Below are positions 1 through 10,210 of a stretch of DNA of 64,000 nucleotides, one piece after another. Source of the DNA: Nitrosopumilus sp. (GTDB taxonomy: Archaea > Thermoproteota > Nitrososphaeria > Nitrososphaerales > Nitrosopumilaceae); the NCBI GenBank assembly GCA_965204345.1, contig OZ241981.1:1600001-1664000 (forward strand), in the 5' to 3' direction. The first letter of the stretch is position 1. Each line of letters starts with the position of its first letter. The position numbers were made by a program, and so were the translations under genes. The notes beneath the pieces were generated by a model, which ran no database searches, was not told the DNA's origin, and was given only the letters and a program-made list of their open reading frames with translations.

Positions 1-672
1 AAGATTAGCAAGCAGAAATATCATTTCTTTCTGGCTTTGACTGCAGGACTGCTCTTCTTTTTAGCCATTGATTCTGTAGAGGAGGCCATTGAGATATCTG
101 ATGAAAACCTGGCTGCTAGTTTCAATGGGACCCTGCTTGTAGTTACTGTGACAGCATTATCGTTCCTTGGATTATACTACTCTGGAAACAGTCTCCTCAA
201 AAAAGCAAATTCCTCAAAGTTCACCAAGCCTGTGGCAATTGCATTTATGATATCCATTGGAATCGGCCTGCACAACTTTGGTGAGGGACTGGCAATTGGG
301 GCTGCAGTTGGAATGGGTTCCATTGCATTTAGCACGTTTTTGATTGTGGGGTTTGCTTTACACAATACTACTGAGGGACTGGCAATTGCCGCTCCCATGT
401 CCAGAGGCAAATTAATGCTAGGCAAATTATTTGCCATGGGCATCATTGCCGGAAGTCCTGCAATCTTTGGCGCTTGGATTGGAGGCTTTGCTTATTCGCC
501 CTTTACCTCCGTAATTTTCTTGGCAGTTGGGGCAGGCGCAATTTTTCAGGTAATATTTGTAATTTCAAAATGGATTCAAGATGAAAGCAACAACAACCTC
601 TCTAACATGTATGTGGTTTCCGGATTTGCTATTGGAATGTCGGTGATGTACCTTACTAGCATTTTGGTTTAG
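1..672 (+). CDS. ZIP-family divalent metal transporter (5'-truncated by window edge)
   Basis: Frame is open from base 1; ZIP motifs GLHNFGEGLAIG and ALHNTTEGLAIA; multiple hydrophobic helices. Confidence 0.9.
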   Translation, partial: KISKQKYHFFLALTAGLLFFLAIDSVEEAIEISDENLAASFNGTLLVVTVTALSFLGLYYSGNSLLKKANSSKFTKPVAIAFMISIGIGLHNFGEGLAIGAAVGMGSIAFSTFLIVGFALHNTTEGLAIAAPMSRGKLMLGKLFAMGIIAGSPAIFGAWIGGFAYSPFTSVIFLAVGAGAIFQVIFVISKWIQDESNNNLSNMYVVSGFAIGMSVMYLTSILV

Positions 673-2021
673 ATTGGCTCTGGATGTATTGTGATTACAG
701 AGTTTTTAATTTCAATTCTAATCAGGTGCTCAATCTCCGATGTCAGATCATGAACCTTTTCAATTGATAACTCCTTGTTAAACGAGCAGTCAATATCTAT
801 TTTGAGAATATTCTCAAATTTTAGGGACATTATTCTGCCTATTCTTTGAATGTCTGGGTACTTTTCCAGTATTGTCTTGATCTTCTCCTCTGTCTCAATG
901 TCCTCTATGTTGAAATTTTCTGGAACTGTCACAAACGGTTCCAAATGTATGGTGGCATGGGCAATGACTGGTATCTCCTGTTGAATTTTTTCTTCTATTA
1001 TTTCAGAAATTTTATGGGCTGCCAACAGGTTAATTTCCCTATTGACCATTACATGCAAATTTGCATATGTCTTACCTCTTGTTTTGTGAGTAGTGACGTT
1101 ATGCACTCCCTTTACGCCCTCTATGCATTTTGCAATATCTAAAATCTTTGCATCCAATGGCACGTTTTGCCAATCCGGCTCAAAATGTATGGTAGTTGAT
1201 GCGTTTGGTATCTTGTTTTTTATGTTCCTCTCAACCCTGTTGCTTATCTCATGAGCCCTGTCAAAACTGGTATCACCCCTCAATGAGATAGTTACATCTG
1301 CAAATACTGTGTCCCCTGACTTTCTCATTAGTATGGGTCCTGCATCTATGACCCCCTCTGTAGATACTGAAATTTCCCTAACATTTTTTACAAGTTCCGG
1401 GGATATTATGTCTGTTAGGTCCATTGCAGTTCTGTATACTAGCTTTACACTGAGTATTGCCAGCAATACACCCAGAATCAATGCGGCAACAAAATCTCCA
1501 AAGTATAATCCGTATGAAACCAGTACTATGCCTGCAATTGCCACTGCTGTGGATCCGAGATCCATAAACGCGTGATAGAAATCTGCCTTTAGCGTCGAGC
1601 CCCCAATTTTTTTAATGGATCTTCTCAGCAGGATAATTCTGAAAAAATCAATACCTATGGTGTACAGGCCTCCTATTATCGCAAACAATCCTGGCAAAAC
1701 ATTGGGCGGAGGACTCTGTAGCCTGTTGATGGACTCGTATATGAAAAAGCAGGCAATCAAAAAAATTGCTATGCCCCCAATTAATCCCCCAAGTGATTCA
1801 ATCTTTCCGTGCCCATAGGTGTGCTCTGCATCCGGCGGCTTGACTGCCCACCTTGCAGCTAAAAGTAAAACAAGTGTAACCACACTGTCTAGCAGCGCAT
1901 GAATGCTGTCTGTGATGAGAGCCAGGCTATTTGAAATCAGGCCAAAAATTAGTTCTACCAAAAATGCTGAAAATATGGATATTAATGAAATTTGTAAAAC
2001 CCTGGTCCTTTGCACGAACAT
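669..2021 (-). CDS. Cation diffusion facilitator (FieF-like) with three C-terminal ZT-dimer-type domains
   Basis: SLALITDSIHALLD, PPDAEHTYGHGKIE, ADFYHAFMD; the H..S..IE...IHxEP module occurs three times (IHFEP, IHLEP, IHPEP). Confidence 0.9.
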   Translation of the reverse strand: MFVQRTRVLQISLISIFSAFLVELIFGLISNSLALITDSIHALLDSVVTLVLLLAARWAVKPPDAEHTYGHGKIESLGGLIGGIAIFLIACFFIYESINRLQSPPPNVLPGLFAIIGGLYTIGIDFFRIILLRRSIKKIGGSTLKADFYHAFMDLGSTAVAIAGIVLVSYGLYFGDFVAALILGVLLAILSVKLVYRTAMDLTDIISPELVKNVREISVSTEGVIDAGPILMRKSGDTVFADVTISLRGDTSFDRAHEISNRVERNIKNKIPNASTTIHFEPDWQNVPLDAKILDIAKCIEGVKGVHNVTTHKTRGKTYANLHVMVNREINLLAAHKISEIIEEKIQQEIPVIAHATIHLEPFVTVPENFNIEDIETEEKIKTILEKYPDIQRIGRIMSLKFENILKIDIDCSFNKELSIEKVHDLTSEIEHLIRIEIKNSVITIHPEPI

Positions 2022-2110
2022 CTTTTTTTAATAATCCGAGTTACGTATTACAGTTTTCTAAGAAAAAATCATGCGACAACGTTATTTGCGATTAAACAGG
2101 GTTTAGAAAC

Positions 2111-5100
2111 ATGCTTGATGCAAAATATCTCGTTTTAGCGGTAACTTTTTCAACGCTTTTGCTGATTCCTGCCTCTGGCGCTGATGCATCAAGCAATCCC
2201 AACCTGTTTGTATCTGCTGAAAATTCTCAATTTGAGAATCATTTTTCTGGCTCTATGGTAATTGAGGTTGTAATAATTGATTCAGACATTAGTGATACCG
2301 GCCAAGGCAAGGGTGAGCCTGATGTTACAATCAATGGAAAGTCATTACGAATGGTTCAGGCAACTGATGGAAACTGGTATGCCTATTTTGCAAATGTTGA
2401 GAGGGCAAAGGAAGCTGATTCGACGGTAGGTCTGGCCGGTCAAGGGTTGGATTTTGGGGTTTTCTGCAGCAGGGACACAAGTGCCTCAGTGCCCGGCATT
2501 TCTCTCTCTGAAACTGACGGATTTGCATTACCCCGCTCTGCGCTAGGCTCTACTGATGGTGCTGCCTCCTTTACTTCCTGTACCGGATCTCCTTCTGGCG
2601 TAAACTTGAATAATGTTGTGAGAAACGCAAAATCAATTAACACAAATTCTGCCATCCCGTCTGGTCAAATTGGGTTAGACCCTGGTGCCTGGCCGCTAAT
2701 CCAGCTTTATTCCTTTGGCGATGTTGTAGTCCAATACAACCCCGGAGGCTCGTCCCAGCAGGTTTCTTTGGAATATGGTGAAATTCCAAACATTTCAATG
2801 CGTCTTGATAGGGAACTTTATCCAAACAGCGCTGAGATCTTCTTTACTCTAAGCGATTTTCAGTTAAATCAAGATCCGACTGATGAGGACTCTTGGACTT
2901 TTGGTGCAGGTCATATGCCTGCAACATTTTATCAAGCATATGCCTCCTCCGGTGTGTCTTCTGCAAATGGTGCAGCCGGACTGGTAGATTTAACTCCACA
3001 CCTCTCTGATCTTGGCTTTGAGAGCAATGGACGACTCTTAGTTGATCTTGGCTCTGTTGTCCAATTACAATCCAATAATGAGCAGCCTGAAACTAGTGTC
3101 TCCAATGGTATTGATACATTTACTGAAATTCTCACTCTGGTTGAAGACGGTCCTAACTCTGGCATCTTTGACAGCGCCGATTATAATGATCAATCCACAT
3201 TGGGAATCTTGGATGGTGCCCCCCGTGGTCAGTCCGGCTCTGTGACGTATGATGACAAATCTGTCTCAATACTGACTGGTTCCTCGTCTGCAGCTGTTTC
3301 TTTGAATGCCGCTCCCAACACCACCACCACCACCATTAGTGTCGGAGATGGGATGCAACCACTAAAGCCTGGAACAAAGTTTAGAATCACGCTAGTTGAC
3401 TCTGATCAGAATATCAACTCCGGGTCTAGGGATAATTTGGATGTATTTCGAGATACTGCAATGATTCCCACTCTGACCCTTGGATCTCCCGTTACTCTTG
3501 AGAATGCCCGGGATGTGCTATTTCATACCTCGTCTCTGACTTTTCCTGTGGGCGATTCTGTGATCTCTTTTGTGCCTAATTCTAATTCTGACAGGCTGCA
3601 AATTGATACTTTTGGCTTGGCTCCTGCCTCATATGAGGCACTTTCTGTGAATCTGGGCATCTCAGCATCCTCTCTAATGTCTGTCCTGCTTGATACTTCC
3701 CAACCAAATACTGATGGCACTAATTGGATAAATTATGATCTCCGCTCTTTTGAAAATGATCTTGGAATATCTGATTTTAGCAACACTTCGGTCTCTCTTC
3801 ATTTTGGAACCCTTGCTGGTACATCTGTAACCATAGTTGATGCCGGAGACATCTCATCCCCTAAGGGATTTATCCAAATTGATGATTCTGATGTTGCTGA
3901 TATCTCCGATGAGAGTGGAACGGCATTCCTTGTAATTGACTTTGGCTCTTCTGGGACTTTTTCTGTTTCTGATGGGGATAACAAACAACCAATCGTTTTT
4001 GATATTTTTTCATTTGGACTGCAGGACAGTCAAGACATAAACAATTCTATTTATCGTTTTGAATTAGAAGAGACGTCTGATAATTCATCTACTTTTGAGG
4101 GTACCTTGGAATATTCCGTATCAAGCAAACCAAATATTTTGGATTCTTCGTTTATCCAAACCATCCGGCCAATCGATGATCAAGTCAAGTTCGTTGTAAC
4201 TGACAGGCTAATTGATGATCAAGGCATTTCCATCTCTTACTCTGATCTTGACGCGGCCGGAGTCTTTGCATTGGCATCTACAAAGTCTGATATTAGGACA
4301 ACTGCAGGCATTGTATCTTCTGACTCTCAATCCTATAGGTTTGGACAACCTGTCACCATAACCCTCAATGATCCGGATCTCAATTTACGAAATGATCTAG
4401 TTGATATTTATTTTGTAATCGATGATTCTGATTCCCCCGGTGTTGACACAGTTGGAAAAAATGACATACCTCTGCTTGAGATTTTAATCAAGGATATCCG
4501 TTACAAGCGCTGTACTGTAGACGGTATTGATTATGGTGGTTTGGGGGCAAGCGGCTTTACTCTTGTTGAAACTGGTCCTAGTACGGGAATCTTTGAGGGA
4601 CTGTTTAAAATGCCTTCCAAAATTTGCAATGAATCTGGAACCGGACTAGTCTCTTCGGCTGGTGGCAGTCTTGATGCAAAATATTTTGATTCTAGGGACG
4701 ATTCTGGAAATTCCAATGTCTTTACTCTGTTGAATAACAAGCCATCTTCATACTCTAGTTCCCCACAGCTTAGTGCATATGACGTTGTAAAGCCCCTCTC
4801 AGGAGACGTTGTAGAAATTATTCTTTCTGGCAGTTTAGATAATCCTCGGAGAGGCATGCCTTTGGCAGTCACTATCGTTTCCCCTGATGGTATAACTCAA
4901 AATTTTGCTGCGACATTAACTAGCGCTGGCAGCTACAAATCCGTCATATCTGTTGATGAGCATACATTGTCTGGCGTTTACCAAATTCAGCTGTCTTACA
5001 ACAATTCTCATGTAAAGACTCTTTCATTTGTTGTATCTGATACCACTATTCCTGATTGGGTCAAAAACAATGCAAAATGGTGGTCTTCTGGCACTGTATC

Positions 5101-5308
5101 TGATTCTGAATTCATTAGTGGAATCAAATATCTCATCCAAGAAGGACTTGTTACCATATTCCCTGGAACATCTATTTCTGTTTCCGAACAAGAAGTTCCT
5201 GATTGGGTCAAAAACAATGCAAAATGGTGGTCAGACGATCAAATATCTGATGAAGACTTTGCAATGTCAATTCAATACTTGATCAAAAAGGGCATAATTA
5301 GAATATAA
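2111..5308 (+). CDS. Large secreted S-layer-like surface protein with two C-terminal PDWVKNNAKWWS repeats
   Basis: Signal peptide; recurring LxETGPxTGIF/LxDxDxN Ig-like motifs typical of thaumarchaeal S-layer-related proteins; duplicated C-terminal module. Confidence 0.75.
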   Translation: MLDAKYLVLAVTFSTLLLIPASGADASSNPNLFVSAENSQFENHFSGSMVIEVVIIDSDISDTGQGKGEPDVTINGKSLRMVQATDGNWYAYFANVERAKEADSTVGLAGQGLDFGVFCSRDTSASVPGISLSETDGFALPRSALGSTDGAASFTSCTGSPSGVNLNNVVRNAKSINTNSAIPSGQIGLDPGAWPLIQLYSFGDVVVQYNPGGSSQQVSLEYGEIPNISMRLDRELYPNSAEIFFTLSDFQLNQDPTDEDSWTFGAGHMPATFYQAYASSGVSSANGAAGLVDLTPHLSDLGFESNGRLLVDLGSVVQLQSNNEQPETSVSNGIDTFTEILTLVEDGPNSGIFDSADYNDQSTLGILDGAPRGQSGSVTYDDKSVSILTGSSSAAVSLNAAPNTTTTTISVGDGMQPLKPGTKFRITLVDSDQNINSGSRDNLDVFRDTAMIPTLTLGSPVTLENARDVLFHTSSLTFPVGDSVISFVPNSNSDRLQIDTFGLAPASYEALSVNLGISASSLMSVLLDTSQPNTDGTNWINYDLRSFENDLGISDFSNTSVSLHFGTLAGTSVTIVDAGDISSPKGFIQIDDSDVADISDESGTAFLVIDFGSSGTFSVSDGDNKQPIVFDIFSFGLQDSQDINNSIYRFELEETSDNSSTFEGTLEYSVSSKPNILDSSFIQTIRPIDDQVKFVVTDRLIDDQGISISYSDLDAAGVFALASTKSDIRTTAGIVSSDSQSYRFGQPVTITLNDPDLNLRNDLVDIYFVIDDSDSPGVDTVGKNDIPLLEILIKDIRYKRCTVDGIDYGGLGASGFTLVETGPSTGIFEGLFKMPSKICNESGTGLVSSAGGSLDAKYFDSRDDSGNSNVFTLLNNKPSSYSSSPQLSAYDVVKPLSGDVVEIILSGSLDNPRRGMPLAVTIVSPDGITQNFAATLTSAGSYKSVISVDEHTLSGVYQIQLSYNNSHVKTLSFVVSDTTIPDWVKNNAKWWSSGTVSDSEFISGIKYLIQEGLVTIFPGTSISVSEQEVPDWVKNNAKWWSDDQISDEDFAMSIQYLIKKGIIRI
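5049..5232 (+). repeat. Two identical 37-bp copies (5049-5085, 5196-5232) encoding PDWVKNNAKWWS
   Basis: ttcctgattgggtcaaaaacaatgcaaaatggtggtc read at both positions. Confidence 0.9.
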
Positions 5309-5363
5309 TCTTGTCAAATATTGTTCCATTGAAAATATAAATACTCTTAACTCGTGATTCAAG

Positions 5364-6380
5364 ATGAAAATGAGGCTAACTGGATTTCTGGCATTTACAT
5401 TATTATCATTTTCAATTTTATCATATGGTGTTAGTGGAGCTGCTTTTGCAGCAGTTCCCAATCCTGCATTGCCTGTATCTACTGATGTAGGCATTGTGTC
5501 AAATGGCGGATCTGTGGAAATATCTGGAACCCTTCCAAATTATGACTCTTCGTCTGGTAAAGGACTTACTTTCCTTGTTCTTTCTCCTGATAATTCCATT
5601 GTAAACATTGGACAACTAACTCCAGGTTCTGATGGCTCTTTTGCAAAAAGTTTTGTTGCTGGTGGCCCTCTGTGGAAATTAGCTGGTGATTACACTATAA
5701 AATTAACATATGGTGCTGATAGCTCTGAAGTTTCTGTAGAATATACTGGCGGTGAGGCTGAGAAAAAAGAAGATCCACCTATAAAAGTTCCACCTGAAGA
5801 TCCACCAGAAATAAAACCACCACCACCTGCAGAAGATCCACCAGAAATAACACCACCACCCCCACCACCACCACCTGCAGAAGATCCACCAAAGGACGAC
5901 TCAGACATCTGTGGACGAGGAACTGTACTAGGCGACGATGGACTTTGCTACCCCGAAGTAACTGACGAACCCCAAAGTAGTAGTAGTAGTAGTGGCGGCG
6001 GATGTTTGATTGCAACGGCAGCATATGGTACAGAATTAGCACCACAAGTTCAATTCCTGAGAGAAATTAGGGATAATACTGTAATGAGTACTTCTTCTGG
6101 CACATCATTCATGTCTGGATTTAACCAGTTGTACTATTCATTCTCACCAACAATTGCAGACATGGAACGAGAAAACCCAATGTTCCAACAAGCAGTTAGG
6201 GCATTTATCACTCCGATGATCTCAACACTGTCAATTATGACTTTGGCTGATGCTGGTTCAGAGGCTGAAGTTTTAGGATTTGGAATCTCTGTGATTGCCC
6301 TTAATTTGGGAATGTACATTGCCGCACCGGCATTGATTGGATTCAAAGTTAGCAGAATCATCATCAAATCTAGAAACTAG
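5364..6380 (+). CDS. CFI-box-CTERM surface protein with Pro-rich linker
   Basis: Signal peptide, Ig-like domain, EDPP/PPPP repeats, SSSSSSGGGCLIATAAYGTELAPQVQ sorting domain and C-terminal TM helix. Confidence 0.85.
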   Translation: MKMRLTGFLAFTLLSFSILSYGVSGAAFAAVPNPALPVSTDVGIVSNGGSVEISGTLPNYDSSSGKGLTFLVLSPDNSIVNIGQLTPGSDGSFAKSFVAGGPLWKLAGDYTIKLTYGADSSEVSVEYTGGEAEKKEDPPIKVPPEDPPEIKPPPPAEDPPEITPPPPPPPPAEDPPKDDSDICGRGTVLGDDGLCYPEVTDEPQSSSSSSGGGCLIATAAYGTELAPQVQFLREIRDNTVMSTSSGTSFMSGFNQLYYSFSPTIADMERENPMFQQAVRAFITPMISTLSIMTLADAGSEAEVLGFGISVIALNLGMYIAAPALIGFKVSRIIIKSRN

Positions 6381-6427
6381 TCCAATCTCACTCTAGGTTA
6401 TTATACTGAAACACACTATGATATTTT

Positions 6428-6751
6428 ATGAATATTGAATATGAGGAATTTGAAACAGTTGAGGATATTCTTATGTATATGGCATCTGCTGCCCCTCCGA
6501 TGAAAAATACAATGCCTATCAATTCTTACAAGGGATATGTCATGTCTTTTATTCCCCTTAGTCCTGCAACCGGAGAAACATATCTCATGCTTTATGCAAA
6601 AGGCTCACTAGAACCGGGAATCTATGAGTTTGATGTTTCATCAAAATCTTTCAAAAAGGTTGAGAGTGTTGAAAGAGCAGACAAAGTCTACTTTATTTCA
6701 TTAACTCCAAAACGCAATACCATAGCTGATGTTGCCATTCAAAGCCTATAA
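6428..6751 (+). CDS. Hypothetical protein
   Basis: 107-aa ATG ORF filling the gap between two clear genes. Confidence 0.7.
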   Translation: MNIEYEEFETVEDILMYMASAAPPMKNTMPINSYKGYVMSFIPLSPATGETYLMLYAKGSLEPGIYEFDVSSKSFKKVESVERADKVYFISLTPKRNTIADVAIQSL

Positions 6752-8326
6752 TTTCTTTGTTTGAATTTTTGGTGCAGATACTGATCTGCTTCTTGCGTAT
6801 TTGCCTATGATTTCATCTGGAGTCCTTCCATTAAACAGATCCTTGCATAATCCCCTAAGGTATCTCATAATTGCCCATGTTCCCGCCTTGAGAATTCCAT
6901 ACATGAATATCTTCATTGGGGGCCCATACGTCTTGTTTCTAAGAATAATTGGAATGATATCATTGATGACACGCAAATTATTTTCCCAGCACTTCCAGAA
7001 CAGTGTAAACTGTGCCTCATTCAAGTTTCCAAAATGCATTGAATTCTTTTCACTAAAATCCTGATAAAGCAACGGTGCCACCAGTCCTCTGAAATCCATC
7101 TCTCTGAAATCGCTCATCATGTCTATTGTATATTGAATGTCGTCTGGCGTTTCGTCAGGCCAGCCAATAATTATTGTTGCAGCTGGGAACCAGTGATTTT
7201 CGTTTAGTATTTTTGCCCCTTCTCTGACAACACTTCCCCATTCTTCTGGGGCAAACGGCTTTGTCTTTACTCCTAGATGTTTTTTTACCATGTCCGGTGC
7301 CACAGTCTCAATCCCCAGGTTGGTTGCAAGCCATCTGCCTGTCCTGTCCTGCTCATTGATATGTGAAATTTGCTGCATTAGCCTAGGATCTGCTGCCACA
7401 GCAGAAAATGTCATGTGCGTAGTGCCGACAAAGTTTGCTCCCAACCCTTTAAGCCCTTTCCACAAATCTACAATCGCATCCCTGTTTGGAACAAAGTCCC
7501 TGTTGTCACATCCATACAGAAGCATTTCATCAGAATGCAGCCAGATTGAATCAAATCCATAATCCAGATTGGTTTTTGCCTCATGTTGTAGCCGCTCTAG
7601 TGGCAAATCCTTCTTTGATCTTTTGTTTACATCACAAAAATCACATCCTCTTCCGCATCCCCGCATTGCCTCAATCAATGAATTGATTGTAGGACCCTCG
7701 ATAACTGGAATATTTTCAAGATTTCTTACAAAACAATGCATCAGTTCCGGGGCATCATTTTTTTCCAAATCCTGGAACAAATCAACTGCTAGCTCGTCTG
7801 CTTCCCCTACCACCACTGTATCAATTCCATGTATTTTCATTCTGTCTGATTTTGCCAGCTCCCACGCTCCATTTCCTCCAACTACCACCTTGAAATCATG
7901 CTTCTTTTTGAGCTGAATTATGTTGGCACACATTTTTTTAAATTTCATTGCAACGTAGGATAATTTTTCTGGCGACATTGTTGTAGTAACCGGTGCCATT
8001 CCTAGAGGGTCCATCACATTAATCCCAACAACCTTGGTGTCTGCCCCGATTGATTTTTCTAACATTTCTGGATGTGCCATAAACACGTCCTCTCTTTTGT
8101 ATCCTCCCTGAATCAGAGAGCTCTCTATTCTTCTTAATCCGACCTGGGCGACTTTTACTTCGCCTGTAATTGGATCTGTTTCAACAGATGGGCAAAACAC
8201 CTTGTCAAAAACCCATTCTGGTAATACTTCATAAGGACCACATGCAATAAATCCATAAAGAAAATTTCCCCTGTAATTTGTCATCAAACTACGATCAGCA
8301 GTTAATACTATGCGTTTGCCAGCCAA
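6746..8326 (-). CDS. B12-binding radical SAM protein, GrsA/GrsB (GDGT ring synthase)-like
   Basis: CxxxCxxC (RGCGRGCDFC); N-terminal IVLTADR...GLRRIE...VVGINVMDPLG cobalamin-type domain resembling Sulfolobus Grs proteins (from recall). Confidence 0.75.
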   Translation of the reverse strand: MAGKRIVLTADRSLMTNYRGNFLYGFIACGPYEVLPEWVFDKVFCPSVETDPITGEVKVAQVGLRRIESSLIQGGYKREDVFMAHPEMLEKSIGADTKVVGINVMDPLGMAPVTTTMSPEKLSYVAMKFKKMCANIIQLKKKHDFKVVVGGNGAWELAKSDRMKIHGIDTVVVGEADELAVDLFQDLEKNDAPELMHCFVRNLENIPVIEGPTINSLIEAMRGCGRGCDFCDVNKRSKKDLPLERLQHEAKTNLDYGFDSIWLHSDEMLLYGCDNRDFVPNRDAIVDLWKGLKGLGANFVGTTHMTFSAVAADPRLMQQISHINEQDRTGRWLATNLGIETVAPDMVKKHLGVKTKPFAPEEWGSVVREGAKILNENHWFPAATIIIGWPDETPDDIQYTIDMMSDFREMDFRGLVAPLLYQDFSEKNSMHFGNLNEAQFTLFWKCWENNLRVINDIIPIILRNKTYGPPMKIFMYGILKAGTWAIMRYLRGLCKDLFNGRTPDEIIGKYARSRSVSAPKIQTKKL

Positions 8327-8390
8327 TTATCCAACTTCGCTTAGGTATGTTATATATCATTTACGAGATTATCTAACTAATCCTGAAATG

Positions 8391-9173
8391 CTATTTGCAA
8401 CTGTTTCTCTTAATTGCCCTATTTGCAATATTTGCCGCTATTCCTCCGGCGGCAATTCCGTTGTCTATGTTAACTACTGATAATCCCAATGAACAGCTTT
8501 GAAGCATTGATGCAAGGGCAGCAATCCCCTTCTCCCCGTATCCATACCCCACAGATGTTGGAATCCCAATGACTGGTATGTCCACCAGTGCTGAGACTAG
8601 TGTAGCCAAGGCTCCCTCCATTCCAGCTGCAACTATTATACAGTCCACATCCTCATCCACCATTTTTTTTAATATGGGAAAAACTCTCTGTATTCCCGCT
8701 ACTCCCACGTCATGGCTTGTAATACACTTGCAATTCATTGCCTCACACATCAGTCTTGATTCTTCTGCAACCCCGATATCTGATGTACCTGCGGTCATAA
8801 TTCCGACCTTTCCGCCATGAAATTTGATTGGTTTTTTAAATAATAGCAGGGACGATGAATTTTTGCCCGTCTTGATTTTCACCCCCTGTCTCTTTGCAAA
8901 TGACAAGACTTTTGGATAATCCTCTTTTCTAATTCTTGATATTACTGCCGAATTTGTTTTTTCCAGAGTTTTTTTTGTAATTTTTTTGATCTCGCCGAGT
9001 TCCTTTGTTTCAGCAAAAATTACCTCGGGAATTCCCCTTCTCTTTCTTCTATTGATGTCAATCTTGGCAAATCCTTCCACCTCTTCAATAGAATAAAGCG
9101 ACAAGAGCTTTTTTGCATTGGTAACTGAGATCCTTCCTTTCTCCAGGGATTCTAAAATTTCATGAACTTCCAT
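8391..9173 (-). CDS. larB: Nickel-pincer cofactor biosynthesis protein LarB
   Basis: R..R.G.PEVIF, AGTSDIGVAEE, DVGVAG, AGMEGAL, PTSVGYG, ML.SC..G..VVNIDNG motifs. Confidence 0.93.
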   Translation of the reverse strand: MEVHEILESLEKGRISVTNAKKLLSLYSIEEVEGFAKIDINRRKRRGIPEVIFAETKELGEIKKITKKTLEKTNSAVISRIRKEDYPKVLSFAKRQGVKIKTGKNSSSLLLFKKPIKFHGGKVGIMTAGTSDIGVAEESRLMCEAMNCKCITSHDVGVAGIQRVFPILKKMVDEDVDCIIVAAGMEGALATLVSALVDIPVIGIPTSVGYGYGEKGIAALASMLQSCSLGLSVVNIDNGIAAGGIAANIANRAIKRNSCK

Positions 9174-9206
9174 TGAAAGGTTTTCTTTGCCTGTCTAAAA
9201 AAATGC

Positions 9207-10121
9207 TTAGATCTGAATGCCTGAGATGGCACCCTTTACGCTCTGAACAGCCTTGTCAAACACCTGTTTTTCCTCGTTGTCAAGATCCAACTCTATGATT
9301 TTTTCTATCCCGTTTCTTCCAATAACTGCCGGAACTCCGATTGTAACATCTGAATGTCCGTATTCGCCATCCAAATACGTTGCAACCGGGATGACCTGTC
9401 TTTTGTCCCTTGTGACTGATTCAACAATTGCCGAGATTGCATTTCCCGGCGCATGAACCGTAGCACCTTTTAATTCAATTACCTTGGCGGCAACCTTCCT
9501 TGTGTTTGTGACTAGTTCGTCTAGCTTTGCTTTTGGAAGAAGTGATGATAAAGGAATTCCTGATACTGATGAAAACCTTGGCAATGGCAGCATATTTTCT
9601 CCATGCTCTCCGATAACCAGTGCCCTGATAGAATCCCTTGAATGTCCTGTTGCCTCGTGAATAAACTGCCTGAATCTTGACAGGTCCAGCATTCCTCCCA
9701 TGCCAAATACCCTGCTTCTCTCAAACCCCGATACCTTGTAAGTGATGTATGCCATTGGGTCTAATGGGTTGGTAACTGGAATAATCATAGAGTCATCTGC
9801 ATATCTTTTTACATTCTCAACGACGCTTTTCACAATTGATGCGTTAATTTTTAAGAGATCCATTCTTGTCATTCCCGGCTTTCTTCCAGAGCCGGCTACC
9901 ACTACTACGACATTTGATCCTCTCATGTCTGCAAAATCATTTGAACCCCTTACTTCCACATCAATTCCCTGCTCTGATAACATGTGGTTGATGTCCATCG
10001 CTTCCCCCTGCGGGAGGCCCTCGGCTACATCCAATAACAAAATTTGATCATCCAGACGTTTTAATGCCGAAAACAGTGCTGCATCCCCACCCACCTTTCC
10101 GGATCCAATAATCGTAATCAT
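9207..10121 (-). CDS. mdh: Malate dehydrogenase (LDH-like)
   Basis: IIGSGKVG Rossmann motif, [11 protein letters not shown] substrate loop, NPLD, GEHG; ATG at 10121. Confidence 0.93.
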   Translation of the reverse strand: MITIIGSGKVGGDAALFSALKRLDDQILLLDVAEGLPQGEAMDINHMLSEQGIDVEVRGSNDFADMRGSNVVVVVAGSGRKPGMTRMDLLKINASIVKSVVENVKRYADDSMIIPVTNPLDPMAYITYKVSGFERSRVFGMGGMLDLSRFRQFIHEATGHSRDSIRALVIGEHGENMLPLPRFSSVSGIPLSSLLPKAKLDELVTNTRKVAAKVIELKGATVHAPGNAISAIVESVTRDKRQVIPVATYLDGEYGHSDVTIGVPAVIGRNGIEKIIELDLDNEEKQVFDKAVQSVKGAISGIQI

Positions 10122-10210
10122 AAACACAAGCACTGATTTTCAATAATTAAATCTAATGAAATACCTGGCATATTAGTCGAATTTATAAGCATTTTTGATA
10201 ATTTTTAATC

